Source of the DNA: an uncultured Thermoleophilia bacterium
Lineage (GTDB): Bacteria > Actinomycetota > Thermoleophilia > UBA2241
Direction: 5' to 3'
Length of the DNA stretch: 64,000 nt
NCBI GenBank assembly: GCA_963765635.1
Contig: CAVXXF010000002.1
Location: 210,363-274,362 of the forward strand
Made by a program: the position numbers and the translations under genes. The notes under the pieces are model-generated. The model searched no databases, was not told the origin of the DNA, and worked only from the letters and a program-made list of their open reading frames with translations. The number at the start of each line of letters is the position of its first letter. Within the stretch, counting starts at the first letter, position 1. Positions 27,918 through 38,048 of the stretch are shown here, piece by piece.

Positions 27918-29516
27918 ATGGGCAGACTGACACATGGTTCACACAAGACGCGCCGACGTGGCGTCGCACGCGGCGTGAAGGTGGGGAGCCTGGTCGCGTT
28001 GCTGGCGCTGCTCGTGGCAGCGCCCGTGGCGCTGGCGGCGGTCGACAAGCAGCACGTCGTACTACGAACTTCGCACGACAACGGCAATCCGGGCGACAAC
28101 CACTGGAGGAACACCAACCAGACGGTGTCTGTCCTGGTCCAGCCCAGTGTGGGCACCACGGCCACGGCTTACTTCAGCTCCGACGGCGGCGCGACCTACA
28201 CTTCGAAGACCTACGGGACCATGGGTACCGCCGCCTTCGATTTCCTCGTGATCGCCGAGGGGTCCAATGCGGTAAGGTACGCCGCCACCGATAGTGGGGG
28301 GGCCACCGAGGCCACGAAGTCGCCCGGCTACGTCAACATCGACAAGACCGCCCCGGTCACCACGCCCACGGGCCTCGCACCAGTCTCGACGCAGACCGAT
28401 GACGCCAAGTGGTCCAAGGATGTCACGCGGACTGTCACGCTTGCGGCGACAGACGTAGTCGCGGGCATCAGCACGTCCGGCGTGCGCTGGAGCTTGCGGA
28501 GGATCAACAGCGGCTCTGTGGCCACGAGCGACACGGCCTCCGTCACCTTCACGCTGACCAAGGGCAGCGGTGGCGTGGTCGAAGGCGCCAACGCCGTGAC
28601 CTACTCGGCCGTGGATTGGGCGGGCAACTTCGAGACTACCCGCACCGGGTACGTCAACATCGACACCATCACGCCGACGACGACTCCCTCGCCGAATCTG
28701 GCCGCGAATGCGACGACCGGCTGGCGCAACACGCCGGCCACCGTCACGTTCGGTTGGACCGATGTCTCGTCGGGCGTGCCCACCGGGGGTACGACGTATC
28801 GGGTGAACGACGGAAACCCGACGGTCTATTTCAGCCCGTTCACGGTGAGCACGCAGGGCTCGACGAAGCTCTCGTATCGCTCGTTCGACAGGGCTCAGAA
28901 TGTTGAGGCCACGCAGACTGCGTACGTCAACATCGATGAGACGTCCCCGACCGTGAGCGCCGCGACGGCGCCGGCGGGCAGCTCGGGCTGGTACAACACC
29001 GACGTCGTGGTCAAGATTACGGGCGTCGATGCTCTATCGGGCATCGCGAAGACGCAGTACCGCCTCCAGGCAACTCCCCCGCTGCAGTGGGTCGACGCCG
29101 CGAGCGATCAGTTCACCGTGCTGTCGAGCGTCAATGCCAAGCAGACGTTCCAGTACCAGGCTGTGGACAAGGCCGGCAACGCGAGCGCTCTTGGCACGCT
29201 CGAGCTCAAGATGGACTCGGTCAGGCCCCAGGCCTCTGGCAAGGCGGCCTCGGGCAGGCACGGCAAGAACATCAAGCTCAAGTACAAGTTCACCGACAAC
29301 ATGAGTCCGTCGGCGACTGATGCATGGGTGAGGATCACGAAATCCAACGGCGCCGTGGTGAAGAACCAGAAGCTCAACGGCACCAAGGCTGTGAACAAGT
29401 GGTACTCCTTCAAGTGGAAGGCTGGGTCCAAGGGGACCTACAAGTACTACGTGCACGGCTTGGACCTCGCCGGGAACGCGTCGAAGACGAGCGCGGCGAA
29501 GATCAGGGTGAAGTAG
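27918..29516 (+). CDS. Secreted surface protein with tandem Ig-like (OmpL47/CHB_HEX_C-like, D-x-AGN-terminated) domains and a conserved C-terminal domain
   Basis: 532 aa. Signal peptide (VGSLVALLALLVAAPVALAAVD). Repeats ending YSAVDWAGNFE, YRSFDRAQNVE, YQAVDKAGNAS. C-terminal ...KGTYKYYVHGLDLAGNASKTSAAKIRVK. Confidence 0.7.
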   Translation: MGRLTHGSHKTRRRGVARGVKVGSLVALLALLVAAPVALAAVDKQHVVLRTSHDNGNPGDNHWRNTNQTVSVLVQPSVGTTATAYFSSDGGATYTSKTYGTMGTAAFDFLVIAEGSNAVRYAATDSGGATEATKSPGYVNIDKTAPVTTPTGLAPVSTQTDDAKWSKDVTRTVTLAATDVVAGISTSGVRWSLRRINSGSVATSDTASVTFTLTKGSGGVVEGANAVTYSAVDWAGNFETTRTGYVNIDTITPTTTPSPNLAANATTGWRNTPATVTFGWTDVSSGVPTGGTTYRVNDGNPTVYFSPFTVSTQGSTKLSYRSFDRAQNVEATQTAYVNIDETSPTVSAATAPAGSSGWYNTDVVVKITGVDALSGIAKTQYRLQATPPLQWVDAASDQFTVLSSVNAKQTFQYQAVDKAGNASALGTLELKMDSVRPQASGKAASGRHGKNIKLKYKFTDNMSPSATDAWVRITKSNGAVVKNQKLNGTKAVNKWYSFKWKAGSKGTYKYYVHGLDLAGNASKTSAAKIRVK

Positions 29517-29678
29517 GGACTGGGCTTCAGCAACGAAGCGCGTTCAGCGAGGGGCGGGGCGCCCGAAGGGGTCCCCGCCCCTCGCTCTTTGCGCGCGCGG
29601 CCGCTGTGGGCGCAGCGGGCATGCAGGCGACGTAGTACAATCAAGGGCGTTGCTCAATCGCTGAGGGGGCCTCAAGCA

Positions 29679-31190
29679 ATGCGCATCGTCGCCCGAGTAG
29701 GAGTCGTCACCGCCGTCCTTGCGGTCGTCCTTACAGGGGGCTTCTGGGGCTTCGCCACGCGCGCACAGGGTGCGGCGGTCCAGGGCGACAGCCCGGCGCC
29801 GTTCATCAGCACCCTGTCGCCCAGCGCGGCCGCGATCGGCGGTCCGGACTTCACGCTGACCGTAGACGGCAGCGGCTTCGTGCCGGGTTCCCAGGTGCAG
29901 TGGAACGGTGAGTCACGGCCGACCGCCTGTCTGTCGGCGAGGCAGCTCACCGCCCAGATCAGCGCCGCCGATATCGCGGCGGCACAGACGGCCGTCGTGA
30001 CCGTGCTCAACCCGCTCCCCGGCGGCGGCGTGTCACCGCCGTTCTCCTTCGCGGTCCAGGCGCCCAATCCGCTGCCGGACCTGACCGGCCTCAGCCCGGC
30101 TCAGGCTATGGTGGGCGACGGCGCCTTCGGCCTCACCGTCATCGGCAGCGGCTTCGTGCCGGGATCGACTGTGCTGTGGAACGGTGAGGACCGCACCACC
30201 GGCTACATCAACGAGTTCATGCTCGCGGCGACGATCCGCGCCGGTGACGTCGCCGCCGTCGGTACTGCGTTCGTGAGCGTACTGAACCCGGCGCCTGGCG
30301 GCGGCCAGTCGCTGTCGGCGAGGGTGTTCACCATCATGTATCCGGCGCCGACGATGCAGCTGCTCGAGCCGGCCTCTGTGTGGGCGGGCGGCCTCGCGTT
30401 CACGCTCGCGGTCGCGGGCAGCCGATTCACGCCCGTCTCCGTGGTGCAGTGGGCGGGCGTCGATCGCCCGACGATCTATGTATCACCCGAGCGCCTCGAG
30501 GCGCAGATCTCCGCCGCCGAGATTGCCCACGCGGGCGCCCTCAGCGTGCGCGTGTTCACGCCCGGCCCCGGGGGCGGGCTCAGCGCCCCGTTGCTCGTCG
30601 ACGTACGCGCCGACGACGTGGCCCCCGTCACCGCGGCGAGCGGGCTCAAGGGCACCTGGCATCGAGGCACCACCAGGTTCACCCTGGTGGCGACGGATGT
30701 TGGCCTCGGGGTCCAGTGGACCTACTACCGTCTCGGACAGCTCGGCGACCTCAAGGACGGCCCCACGGTCGTCGTCCCCGCACCGAAGAACCACTCGAAC
30801 GATGGTATGCACACGGTGGTCTTCTACTCCGTGGACAAGGTGGACAATCTGGAGGCGCCCAAGAGCGTACAGGTGGGCATCGACACGCGGCCGCCGGTCA
30901 CGACCGTGGCCGCCGCCAGAGTGGCCCGCGGCGGCACCCTGCGGCCCAAGTATCGCATCGACGACGCCATGAGCACGCGGGCTCTCGACGCCCGCCTGAC
31001 GGTCAGCACCGCGGCCGGCAAGGTGGTGCTGCGCTGCGACCTCGGGCATCCGGCCACGCGCACGTGGCGCACGGGAGGTGCGTGCCGGGTCACGCTCCCC
31101 AAGGGCACGTACCGGATGCGCGTCCTGGCCCACGACCTGGCCGGCAACGCGCAGTCAGGCACGAGATCCGGCACGCTGACGGTGTACTGA
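29679..31190 (+). CDS. Secreted surface protein: three tandem IPT/TIG-like repeats followed by Ig-like domains and the family C-terminal domain
   Basis: Start at MRIVARVGVVTAVLAVVLTGGFWGFATRAQGAA (signal). C-terminal ...KGTYRMRVLAHDLAGNAQSGTRSGTLTVY. Confidence 0.7.
   Translation: MRIVARVGVVTAVLAVVLTGGFWGFATRAQGAAVQGDSPAPFISTLSPSAAAIGGPDFTLTVDGSGFVPGSQVQWNGESRPTACLSARQLTAQISAADIAAAQTAVVTVLNPLPGGGVSPPFSFAVQAPNPLPDLTGLSPAQAMVGDGAFGLTVIGSGFVPGSTVLWNGEDRTTGYINEFMLAATIRAGDVAAVGTAFVSVLNPAPGGGQSLSARVFTIMYPAPTMQLLEPASVWAGGLAFTLAVAGSRFTPVSVVQWAGVDRPTIYVSPERLEAQISAAEIAHAGALSVRVFTPGPGGGLSAPLLVDVRADDVAPVTAASGLKGTWHRGTTRFTLVATDVGLGVQWTYYRLGQLGDLKDGPTVVVPAPKNHSNDGMHTVVFYSVDKVDNLEAPKSVQVGIDTRPPVTTVAAARVARGGTLRPKYRIDDAMSTRALDARLTVSTAAGKVVLRCDLGHPATRTWRTGGACRVTLPKGTYRMRVLAHDLAGNAQSGTRSGTLTVY
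29793..30618 (+). repeat. Three tandem ~85-aa (~255-nt) IPT/TIG-like coding repeats inside the 29679..31190 gene
   Basis: P-x-I/L-x-x-LSP-x-x-A-x-x-GG-x-F-x-LTV-x-GSGFVPGS-x-V-x-WNGE-x-R-x-T......NP-x-PGGG pattern recurs three times. Confidence 0.6.
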
Positions 31191-31204
31191 GGCGCGCGTA
31201 GCCC

Positions 31205-31564
31205 CTACGCCACCCACACCACTTCCGTGCGCAGGCGGTGCGCGAACGGCGCCTCCTGGGCCTCGAGCAGACGCCACTCATCGTGCGTGTAGACGAGCAG
31301 GTCCACCGGCACCGGGAAGCCGCTGATGGTGTCGAAAGCAAGGCCGCGCCGTAGCGGCGGCTCGCGGCACTCCGTGAGGACGACCACGAGGTCGAGGTCG
31401 CTGCCCACGCCCCAGTCGCCGCGCGCGTACGAGCCGAAATAGCCGACCCTCACGACATCCGAGCGGGAGGCTTTGAGGGCGGCGCCCCAGGCGCGCGCGG
31501 CCCCTGCTACCGCTTCAGGCGGCGGCCACGTAAGGACGTGCGAACTCGATGATCTCACGGGCAT
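31205..31564 (-). CDS. Nucleotidyltransferase (MNT)-domain protein, third copy
   Basis: ...VVRVGYFGSYARGDWGVGSDLDLVVVLTEC...VPVDLLVYTHDEW. Start (ATG MPVRSS..., or GTG 6 nt later) overlaps the upstream HEPN gene by ~45 nt. Confidence 0.65.
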   Translation of the reverse strand: MPVRSSSSHVLTWPPPEAVAGAARAWGAALKASRSDVVRVGYFGSYARGDWGVGSDLDLVVVLTECREPPLRRGLAFDTISGFPVPVDLLVYTHDEWRLLEAQEAPFAHRLRTEVVWVA

Positions 31565-31904
31565 AACGGAGTGCCTCGTCGCTGTGGATGACGCCGAAGT
31601 GCTCAAAGGGCGGGCCTTCGGCATGGCTGTTGGCGTAGCGCGTGGGGATGTAGAAGCCGTCGAGGACCTTGGCCTTCTCCACGAGATCCGTGGGAACAGC
31701 GACCGGCAGTTCACTCAAGAGGCGCGCCACCACGTGACCCCAGGCATCCTGAGCGAGAGAGAGGTGGACGGCCTTCACTGCCTTCTCGGCGGCCTGCTGG
31801 GCGGCGAAGCAGGCCCACTCGTGGCGTCCGTCACGGCGCGACGATTCCGCCTGCTCGAGATCGCGGAGTGCCTGTTCGAACCAATCGGCGGCGCGTGAAG
31901 TCAC
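31515..31904 (-). CDS. HEPN-domain protein partner of the third NTase; here HEPN precedes MNT
   Basis: 129 aa. WFEQALRDLEQAESSRRDGRHEWACFAAQQAAEKAVKAVHLSL...GFYIPTRYAN. HEPN helix pair plus R/Y-x-x-T-RY motif. Confidence 0.7.
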   Translation of the reverse strand: MTSRAADWFEQALRDLEQAESSRRDGRHEWACFAAQQAAEKAVKAVHLSLAQDAWGHVVARLLSELPVAVPTDLVEKAKVLDGFYIPTRYANSHAEGPPFEHFGVIHSDEALRYAREIIEFARPYVAAA

Positions 31905-32007
31905 GTCATTCCTTCTCTTGGGTTCGACGGCAGTCTACCACCTGCCTTGCGAGTTGCGTGGTCGCGACACAGCGGAGGTACTACAATCATGAGCGTCCTC
32001 AGGCCGT

Positions 32008-33892
32008 TCAATGACAGACGCTAGGACTCACCACGTGCTGAAGAGAATCTGGGACTTCCTCAACGAGTTCCTGCGCATCAACGCCATACGGCGGATGCTC
32101 GCCATCGTCGACGTGACGAGCCGCAGAAGTCGGCGGGCTGGTCGGGTTTGCCGTCCTCTTCGCGATCTTCGAAGGTATCGGCCTCGCGCTGCTGCTGCCC
32201 ATCCTGCAGTACGCCGACGGCGGTCAGACGGCCATCTTCGACAGCTCGGGCATCGTCTGGCAGGCGATCGCGAAGTTCATGGACTTCTTCCACCTCCCAG
32301 TCACGCTGCCGGTGCTCCTGGTGCTCGCGTTCATCCCCATTCTGCTGCGGCAGGTGGTGTTCTACTTCAACGCCTGGTACTCAGCCGTGGTCTCCACCCG
32401 CATCGGCATGCGCCTGCGGATGCAGACCCTCGACACCATCCTCGACGCCGACCCCGAGTTCTTCTCGCGCCACTCCGTCGGACATCTCGTGGGCGTCGTC
32501 ATCACCCAGACGGCAGTGGGCGGCAGCGCGATCCTTGCCGTCATCAAGCAGCTCTCGATCGCGCTGCTCATGCTGGTCTACGTCGCGATACTGCTGGCGC
32601 TCTCGGTGCCGCTCACGCTCAGCATCCTGTTCTTCGCGGTCATGGTGTCGCTGGCAGTCCGCGCCAACATCAGGCGCATCCGCGAGTACGGTCTCGTGAC
32701 CGCTCGGGTCACGCAAGAGGTATGGAGCACGATCGTCGAGCGCTTCGGCATGATGCGCCTGATCAAGCTGCGCGACCAGAAGCAGCTCGAATCGAACCGG
32801 GTCCGGGGTCTTCTGGAAAGGCTCCGCGCGGTCGATGTGCGGCAGGCCCGCCTGGGAGCGAACATCGAGGTGACGGCCGACCCCCTGCTCATGCTCTCGG
32901 CGTTCGTGACGCTCTACATCGGCATCGCGGTGCTGGGCATGACCCTGCCCCAGCTCGGGCTGCTGCTCTTCGTGCTCAACCGGCTCAACGCCAAGGTGAA
33001 GGAGTTCAACGCCGGCCGTCAGGCGATCTCGCAGAATATGGCCGGATTGCTGCTCGTCAAGGACCTGACTGTCGAGGCTGCGGCCGCCAACACCATACGT
33101 CGCAGGTCGGCGCCCTTCGAGGGCCTTCGAGCGCGAGCTCGTGCTCGCCGACGTGACGTTCGAGTATCCGGACACGGACGCGCCTGACGGTACGGTGGTG
33201 TCCGCGGACCGCTCCGTGCTGAAGGGGATCTCCGTCGCGATCCCCGCGGGGTCGTTCACGGCAGTGGTCGGTCGCTCCGGTACCGGCAAGTCGACGCTGG
33301 TGGAGCTCCTCCCTCGCCTGCGGGAGGCCACGAGCGGCAGCATCACGTACGACGGCACGGACATCAAGCCGAATTCGACGTGGGTACCCTGCGCCGGGGC
33401 ATCGGCTATCTCACCCAGGACGCGATGCTGTTCAACGACACCGTCCGCGAGAACCTCGTCTACGGTCTTGGCTTCGAGCCGTCGGACGGGCAGATCCGTG
33501 ACGCCCTCGAAGGCGCTCACGCCGGCTTCGTCTACGACCTCCCGCAGGGGCTCGAGACCATGCTGGGCGATCGAGGAGTGCGGTTCTCGGGGGGTGAGCA
33601 ACAGCGCATCGCCCTCGCGCGCGTGCTTCTGGAAGACACGTCGATCGTGATCCTCGACGAGCCGACCAGTGCGCTGGACTCCGAGTCCGAGACATACATC
33701 CAGGACGCGCTCGCAAAGCTGCATGGGCACAAGACTCTCATCGTCATCGCGCACCGCCTCGCGACAGTCATCCAGGCGGACCAGCTGTTGGTCATCGAGG
33801 ACGGGCGCATCGTGGAGCGCGGGACGCACCAGGAACTCGTGGCTCGAGCGGGCGCGTACCAGCAGCTGTTTCAGAGCCAGCTGCTGGCGTAG
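32008..33892 (+). pseudogene. ABC exporter (fused TMD-NBD, MsbA/polysaccharide-exporter type) disrupted by at least three frameshifts
   Basis: TMD spread over track ORFs 32008 and 32279; NBD over 33141 (Walker A GRSGTGKST) and 33380 (signature FSGGEQQRIALAR, Walker B IVILDEPTSALD, H-loop IAHRL). Frame changes at ~32118-32124, at 33114-33133 (10-bp tandem duplication ccttcgaggg/ccttcgagcg; removing one unit restores ...RRRSAPFERELVLADVTFEYP) and at ~33368-33376. Confidence 0.75.
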
Positions 33893-33898
33893 GGAAGT

Positions 33899-35896
33899 CT
33901 ACGAGACGAGCTTCCGGTACAGGCGCAGGTAGCCGTCGACCATGCGCTCGACGGGGAACCGCTCCTCGACCCGGCGCGCGCCGGCAGCGGCGAGGGCGCG
34001 TGACAGTACGGGGTCGTCCAGAAGCCGGGCGACGGCACGGGCGAGCGCTGCCTCGTCGGCGGGATCGACGAGCAGACCGGTCGCTCCATCGACGACCACC
34101 TCAGGGAGGCCACCCACACGCGTGGCGACGACGGGCACGCCGAGCGCGAGCGCTTCCATCGCAGTCAGCCCCGAGGCCTCTGAGAGCGACGGGACGACCA
34201 CGACGTCGAGCGCCGCGAGCAGGGGTGGCACAGATTCCACGTAGCCGAGGAACTCGATACGGTCGGCCATGCCGAGTGCTGCGGCGAGTGCTCGCAGTTC
34301 GTCCTCGTCGGATCCGTGGCCCGCGACGACGAAGCGCACACCGGGATGGTCTGCGGCCAGGATCGCCGCGGCGCTGACGAAGTACTCAGCGCCCTTGATG
34401 CGCTCGAGGCGCCCGATGAAGCCGACGCGCGCACTCGCCTGGCGGAGTGCGACGGCACTCTCGCCCTCAGCGTCGCGCCTGAGCCGAGCGAGGTCGATAC
34501 CGTTGGGGATCACGGTGATCCTGCTCGCGGCGACCTTGTCTGCGACAAGTCCCGTCGCGACGGCCTGCGAGACCGCGACGAAGCGGGTGACGTAGCGTCG
34601 CGTCAACCGGTCGAGAGTCATGCGGAGGGCAGAAACGGCTGGCGCTTCCCCGTCTAGGCGCGCGGCACCAGGGACGACGTGGACCGTATTCACGACCGGC
34701 ATGCGGGCACGCGACCCCACCAGCCGCGCAATCAGGTTCGTCAAGTAGCCCGTCCCCTGGATGAGCTGACCGCCTCGCAGCCGGTCGGAGAGGAGGGTGA
34801 TGAGCGACGGCAGGCAGCGCAGCGTGAAGTCGACGGGGATGACGTCGACGCTCTCGAGATCGCGTGTCTCGCGTTCCAGCGCCGAGCCTGCCGCGCAAAC
34901 GACGCACGGCCTGACGTCCGCGGCCGACAACCCGCGCAGCAGGGCCAGAAGCTGCACTTCTCCGCCGCCGAGCGACGGCCCGGGGAAGTTGTTGATGAAG
35001 GCGACCGCGAGACCGCCGGTCACGGGGGCATGCTTGGCGGGCGCGCCCGCGCGCAGAGAACGGATACTCGCCGTGAGCCGTTCGAGAGCAGTCGGCCCAA
35101 CGGTCTTCGCGAGGATCTTCCTGACCGCGATGTTCCACTGCAGTCGCGTGGTGGAACGACGGGCCGCGGCGAGCTGGGAGTTGGAGAGCAGCCCGCTGCC
35201 CACGACCTCGGTGATGACGCGCAGGTCTGTCTCGCGCATGAGGAGGGCGTTCGCGGACTTCTGCACCGTGCCGCGCCGGTGGACGGACAGCGGTTGGGCG
35301 ATGTGCTGGTGCCTGAAGCCGTGGGCCAAGGCGAGCAGCCAGAACAGATAGTCCTCCGCGTAGATGCCTTCGCGGAAGCCGCCGACGGCATCGAAGACCT
35401 CGCGTCGGTACACCGCGCCGACGCCGTAGAAGCAGGCCGCGAGCAGCTCCTCAAGAACGCAGCCGGCGGGGTCCGCCCAGAGCGCTTGAGGTCGCGCCGT
35501 CTCCCGGCGGCCGTCCTCGTACTCGTACCATCCGTCGGACGTGAAGACCGAGGCCTCGGGGTTATCGCGGATGCAGGCGTCGAACGTGGCCAGATGATCG
35601 GGGAGCAACAGGTCGTCGGCCGAGAGCATCACCAGGAGGTCGCCGCGCGCGCTGGGTACCGCCGCGTTGTACGCGCCGCCGGAGCCGCGGTTCGCCTGGG
35701 ATACCACGTGGACGCGCGCATCCTCCCTGGCGAATCGCTCGGCGAGCCGAGCGTCGCCGTCCGTTGAGCCGTCGTCGACGATGACGAGCTCCCAGTCGGT
35801 GATGGTCTGCGCCTGTACCGACTCGATCGTCCCGGCCAGCGTGGCCTGGGCGTTGAATGCGGGGATCGTGACCGAGAAGCGCGGATTATCAGCCAT
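33899..35896 (-). CDS. Bifunctional glycosyltransferase: N-terminal GT2 fused to C-terminal GT4, intact copy A
   Basis: From MADNPRFSVTIPAFNAQATL...VIVDDGSTDG...SADDLL (GT2). GT4 part ...EASGLTAMEALALGVPVVATRVGGLPEVV. The track ORF begins 39 nt further upstream at an alternative start. Confidence 0.8.
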   Translation of the reverse strand: MADNPRFSVTIPAFNAQATLAGTIESVQAQTITDWELVIVDDGSTDGDARLAERFAREDARVHVVSQANRGSGGAYNAAVPSARGDLLVMLSADDLLLPDHLATFDACIRDNPEASVFTSDGWYEYEDGRRETARPQALWADPAGCVLEELLAACFYGVGAVYRREVFDAVGGFREGIYAEDYLFWLLALAHGFRHQHIAQPLSVHRRGTVQKSANALLMRETDLRVITEVVGSGLLSNSQLAAARRSTTRLQWNIAVRKILAKTVGPTALERLTASIRSLRAGAPAKHAPVTGGLAVAFINNFPGPSLGGGEVQLLALLRGLSAADVRPCVVCAAGSALERETRDLESVDVIPVDFTLRCLPSLITLLSDRLRGGQLIQGTGYLTNLIARLVGSRARMPVVNTVHVVPGAARLDGEAPAVSALRMTLDRLTRRYVTRFVAVSQAVATGLVADKVAASRITVIPNGIDLARLRRDAEGESAVALRQASARVGFIGRLERIKGAEYFVSAAAILAADHPGVRFVVAGHGSDEDELRALAAALGMADRIEFLGYVESVPPLLAALDVVVVPSLSEASGLTAMEALALGVPVVATRVGGLPEVVVDGATGLLVDPADEAALARAVARLLDDPVLSRALAAAGARRVEERFPVERMVDGYLRLYRKLVS

Positions 35897-38048
35897 CGAG
35901 GACCTCCCGGTAGACGTCGAGGATCTGCTCGGCAACCACGTCGGGTGCGAAGCGCGCTCTGCGCGTATCGGTGAAGCGCTCGCGGGTCGAACTCAGTGAA
36001 GTGGTCGAGCATCCAGTCGAGACCCTCCGCCAGCGCGTCGACGCTCATCGGCTCGACGAGCCGGCCGACCTCCGGGGTGACGAACTCCTCGGGCCCCCCG
36101 CAGCGCGTCGAGACCACCGGGCGGCCGCACATGAGTGACTCCGCTGCCGATACCGAGAAGGTCTCGTGCGTGCTGCTCACAACGGTGAACGCCGATTCCG
36201 CGAGAATCTCGGCGGACCTCCTCGGCGGACATCGCGGCCGGTGAACTCGACCACGTCGGCTGAGCCCAGCGAGACGGCGATCGCTTCGGCTCGGCGCTGC
36301 GACTCCCCGTCGCCCACGAGCCTGAGCCGGAAGTCAGTCCGCCGTCCCGCAGAGTCTTCACCGCCTGTAGCAGGCCGGGAGGTTCTTTGCGGGCCCCATG
36401 ACCGAGATATGCGCGATCGTGGACGTCGGCCGAGACGGCATCGGCGCGGGCTCTGACACCGGCACCACGTTGGGGATGACGACGGGATCCACGGCGAGGC
36501 CGGAGCTCCACGAGCCGGTCGGCCAGAAAGCGGCTCACCGCGATGGTGCGCGATGCGTCTCGCGCGAGTGGCCTGTAGCAGCGATGGGCACGACGCCCGG
36601 GTACCTGACGAGCTTGCGCTCGCTGGCGGCCAGATACTCCTCGGAGTGCTCGGTGACCACGTACGGGATGCCGTAGCGGCGCTTGATGGCTCGCGCGATG
36701 AGCCCGGCGGGCCACAGCGCCTGGACGTGGACGATGTCTGGGGTGCCCCAGGCGTCGCGCAGGGCGTCGAATGCGGCCAGGGCGGTGCGCCTGTATGTCA
36801 CCAGCCATCCGTAGCGTCCGGCGGACCCGGCACTGACGCGGACCACGACGGCCCCCCCCTCTCCCTCCACCGTTGCAGGAAGCGACGTCTTGCTTGGATC
36901 CAGGTGGAGGACCGCAACGTCCCCCCTCCGCGCGAGGGCGTGCACCTGCTGCTGGATGAATACCCCAGCTGTAGGGTTGCCGGCGCTCGGGAACCAGCTG
37001 GGGACGACCAGGATGCTCAACGCTCGCTCCACACCGCCGACGGCGTCGGTCGGTGGCGTCGACGCGCAAAGGCGATGCATCCTTGTCTCCAGCGACTTGC
37101 GAGCTTTGCTCTCGGCGATCAGCCGACGGATGGGCCTGAAGAGCCAGGTCACTCTGTGCGCGGCGGCAAGGATCTCTCGAGCTGCGCGCTTCCCGAGATA
37201 CCGCTCGAGCGACTCTCTGAGGCGATCGGCCTGGCGAGCGAGCTCCTGCTCCTGCGCCACCGTCACCACTTGACGACGCTTGGCATCAAGCGCCGCCTCC
37301 ACTCTGGAGGCCATCTGCGGAGTGAGCGGGCACTCCTGCAGGAGGGCGGCAAGAGACACGACGAGCGCCTCCGCGCCAGCAAGCGCGTCTTCGCTGCGCC
37401 GTCCGGCCCTGTCTTGCCTGTAGTTGTACAGCGGGGTAGGCAGATACAGCGCCTTGGCTCCCTGTGCCGTTGCTCTCAACCAGAAGTCGTAGTCTTCGCA
37501 GTGAATGCCTGACCGGAAGCCTCCGAGCTTCTGGTAGCGGTCGCGGCTGACCATCGCGCCGCCCACGGCGATGACGCACTCCGTAAGGAGGTCGATCAGG
37601 CCAAACGAAGTCACCACGGTAGAAGCGCTGAACAGCGACTCCCGACCGTTGCGCGCCTACGACCTTGAGGTTGGGGTGGTAGATGTCGTGGCCTGGGTGG
37701 CCGCGTATGAATGCGTCCATCGCACGAAGGTAGTCCGGGTGCAGCTCATCGTCGGCATCGAGAAAGCCCACGTAGTCCCGTGGCGCACAACCCGACACCG
37801 GTGTTGCGCCCTTGGGCGACGCCGTGGTTCTCTTGTCTAGCCACGACGATCCGTGGGTCAGTCGCCGCGTACCGTGTGGCGATGGCCTCAGTGCCGTCAG
37901 TCGATCCGTCGTCGACGACGACAAGGCTCCAGTCGGGGAGGCTCTGGGCGCGCACCGACTCAATGGCCGCGCCGATTGTCGCCTCGGCGTTGAATGCCGA
38001 CATCACGATCGAGTATGCGCGATCCGCGCGTGTCTTGACGGTGCCCAC
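35889..38048 (-). pseudogene. GT2-GT4 bifunctional glycosyltransferase paralog, copy B, shattered by at least 5 frame changes
   Basis: Homologous pieces in five different minus-strand frames: GT2 N-terminus (ORF 37746..38048: YSIVMSAFNAEATIGAAIESV...VVVDDGSTDG); GT2 middle (37286..37963: DYVGFLDADDELHPDYL); GT2 C-terminus plus GT4 N-terminus (36535..37617: ...CEDYDFWLRA...ILVVPSWFPS...); GT4 middle (35993..37069 frame); GT4 C-terminus (35629..36180: SAAESLMCGRPVVSTRCGGPEEF). The true C-terminal RFAPDVVAEQILDVYREVLDG* (own translation) mirrors copy A's RFPVERMVDGYLRLYRKLVS*. Confidence 0.7.
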
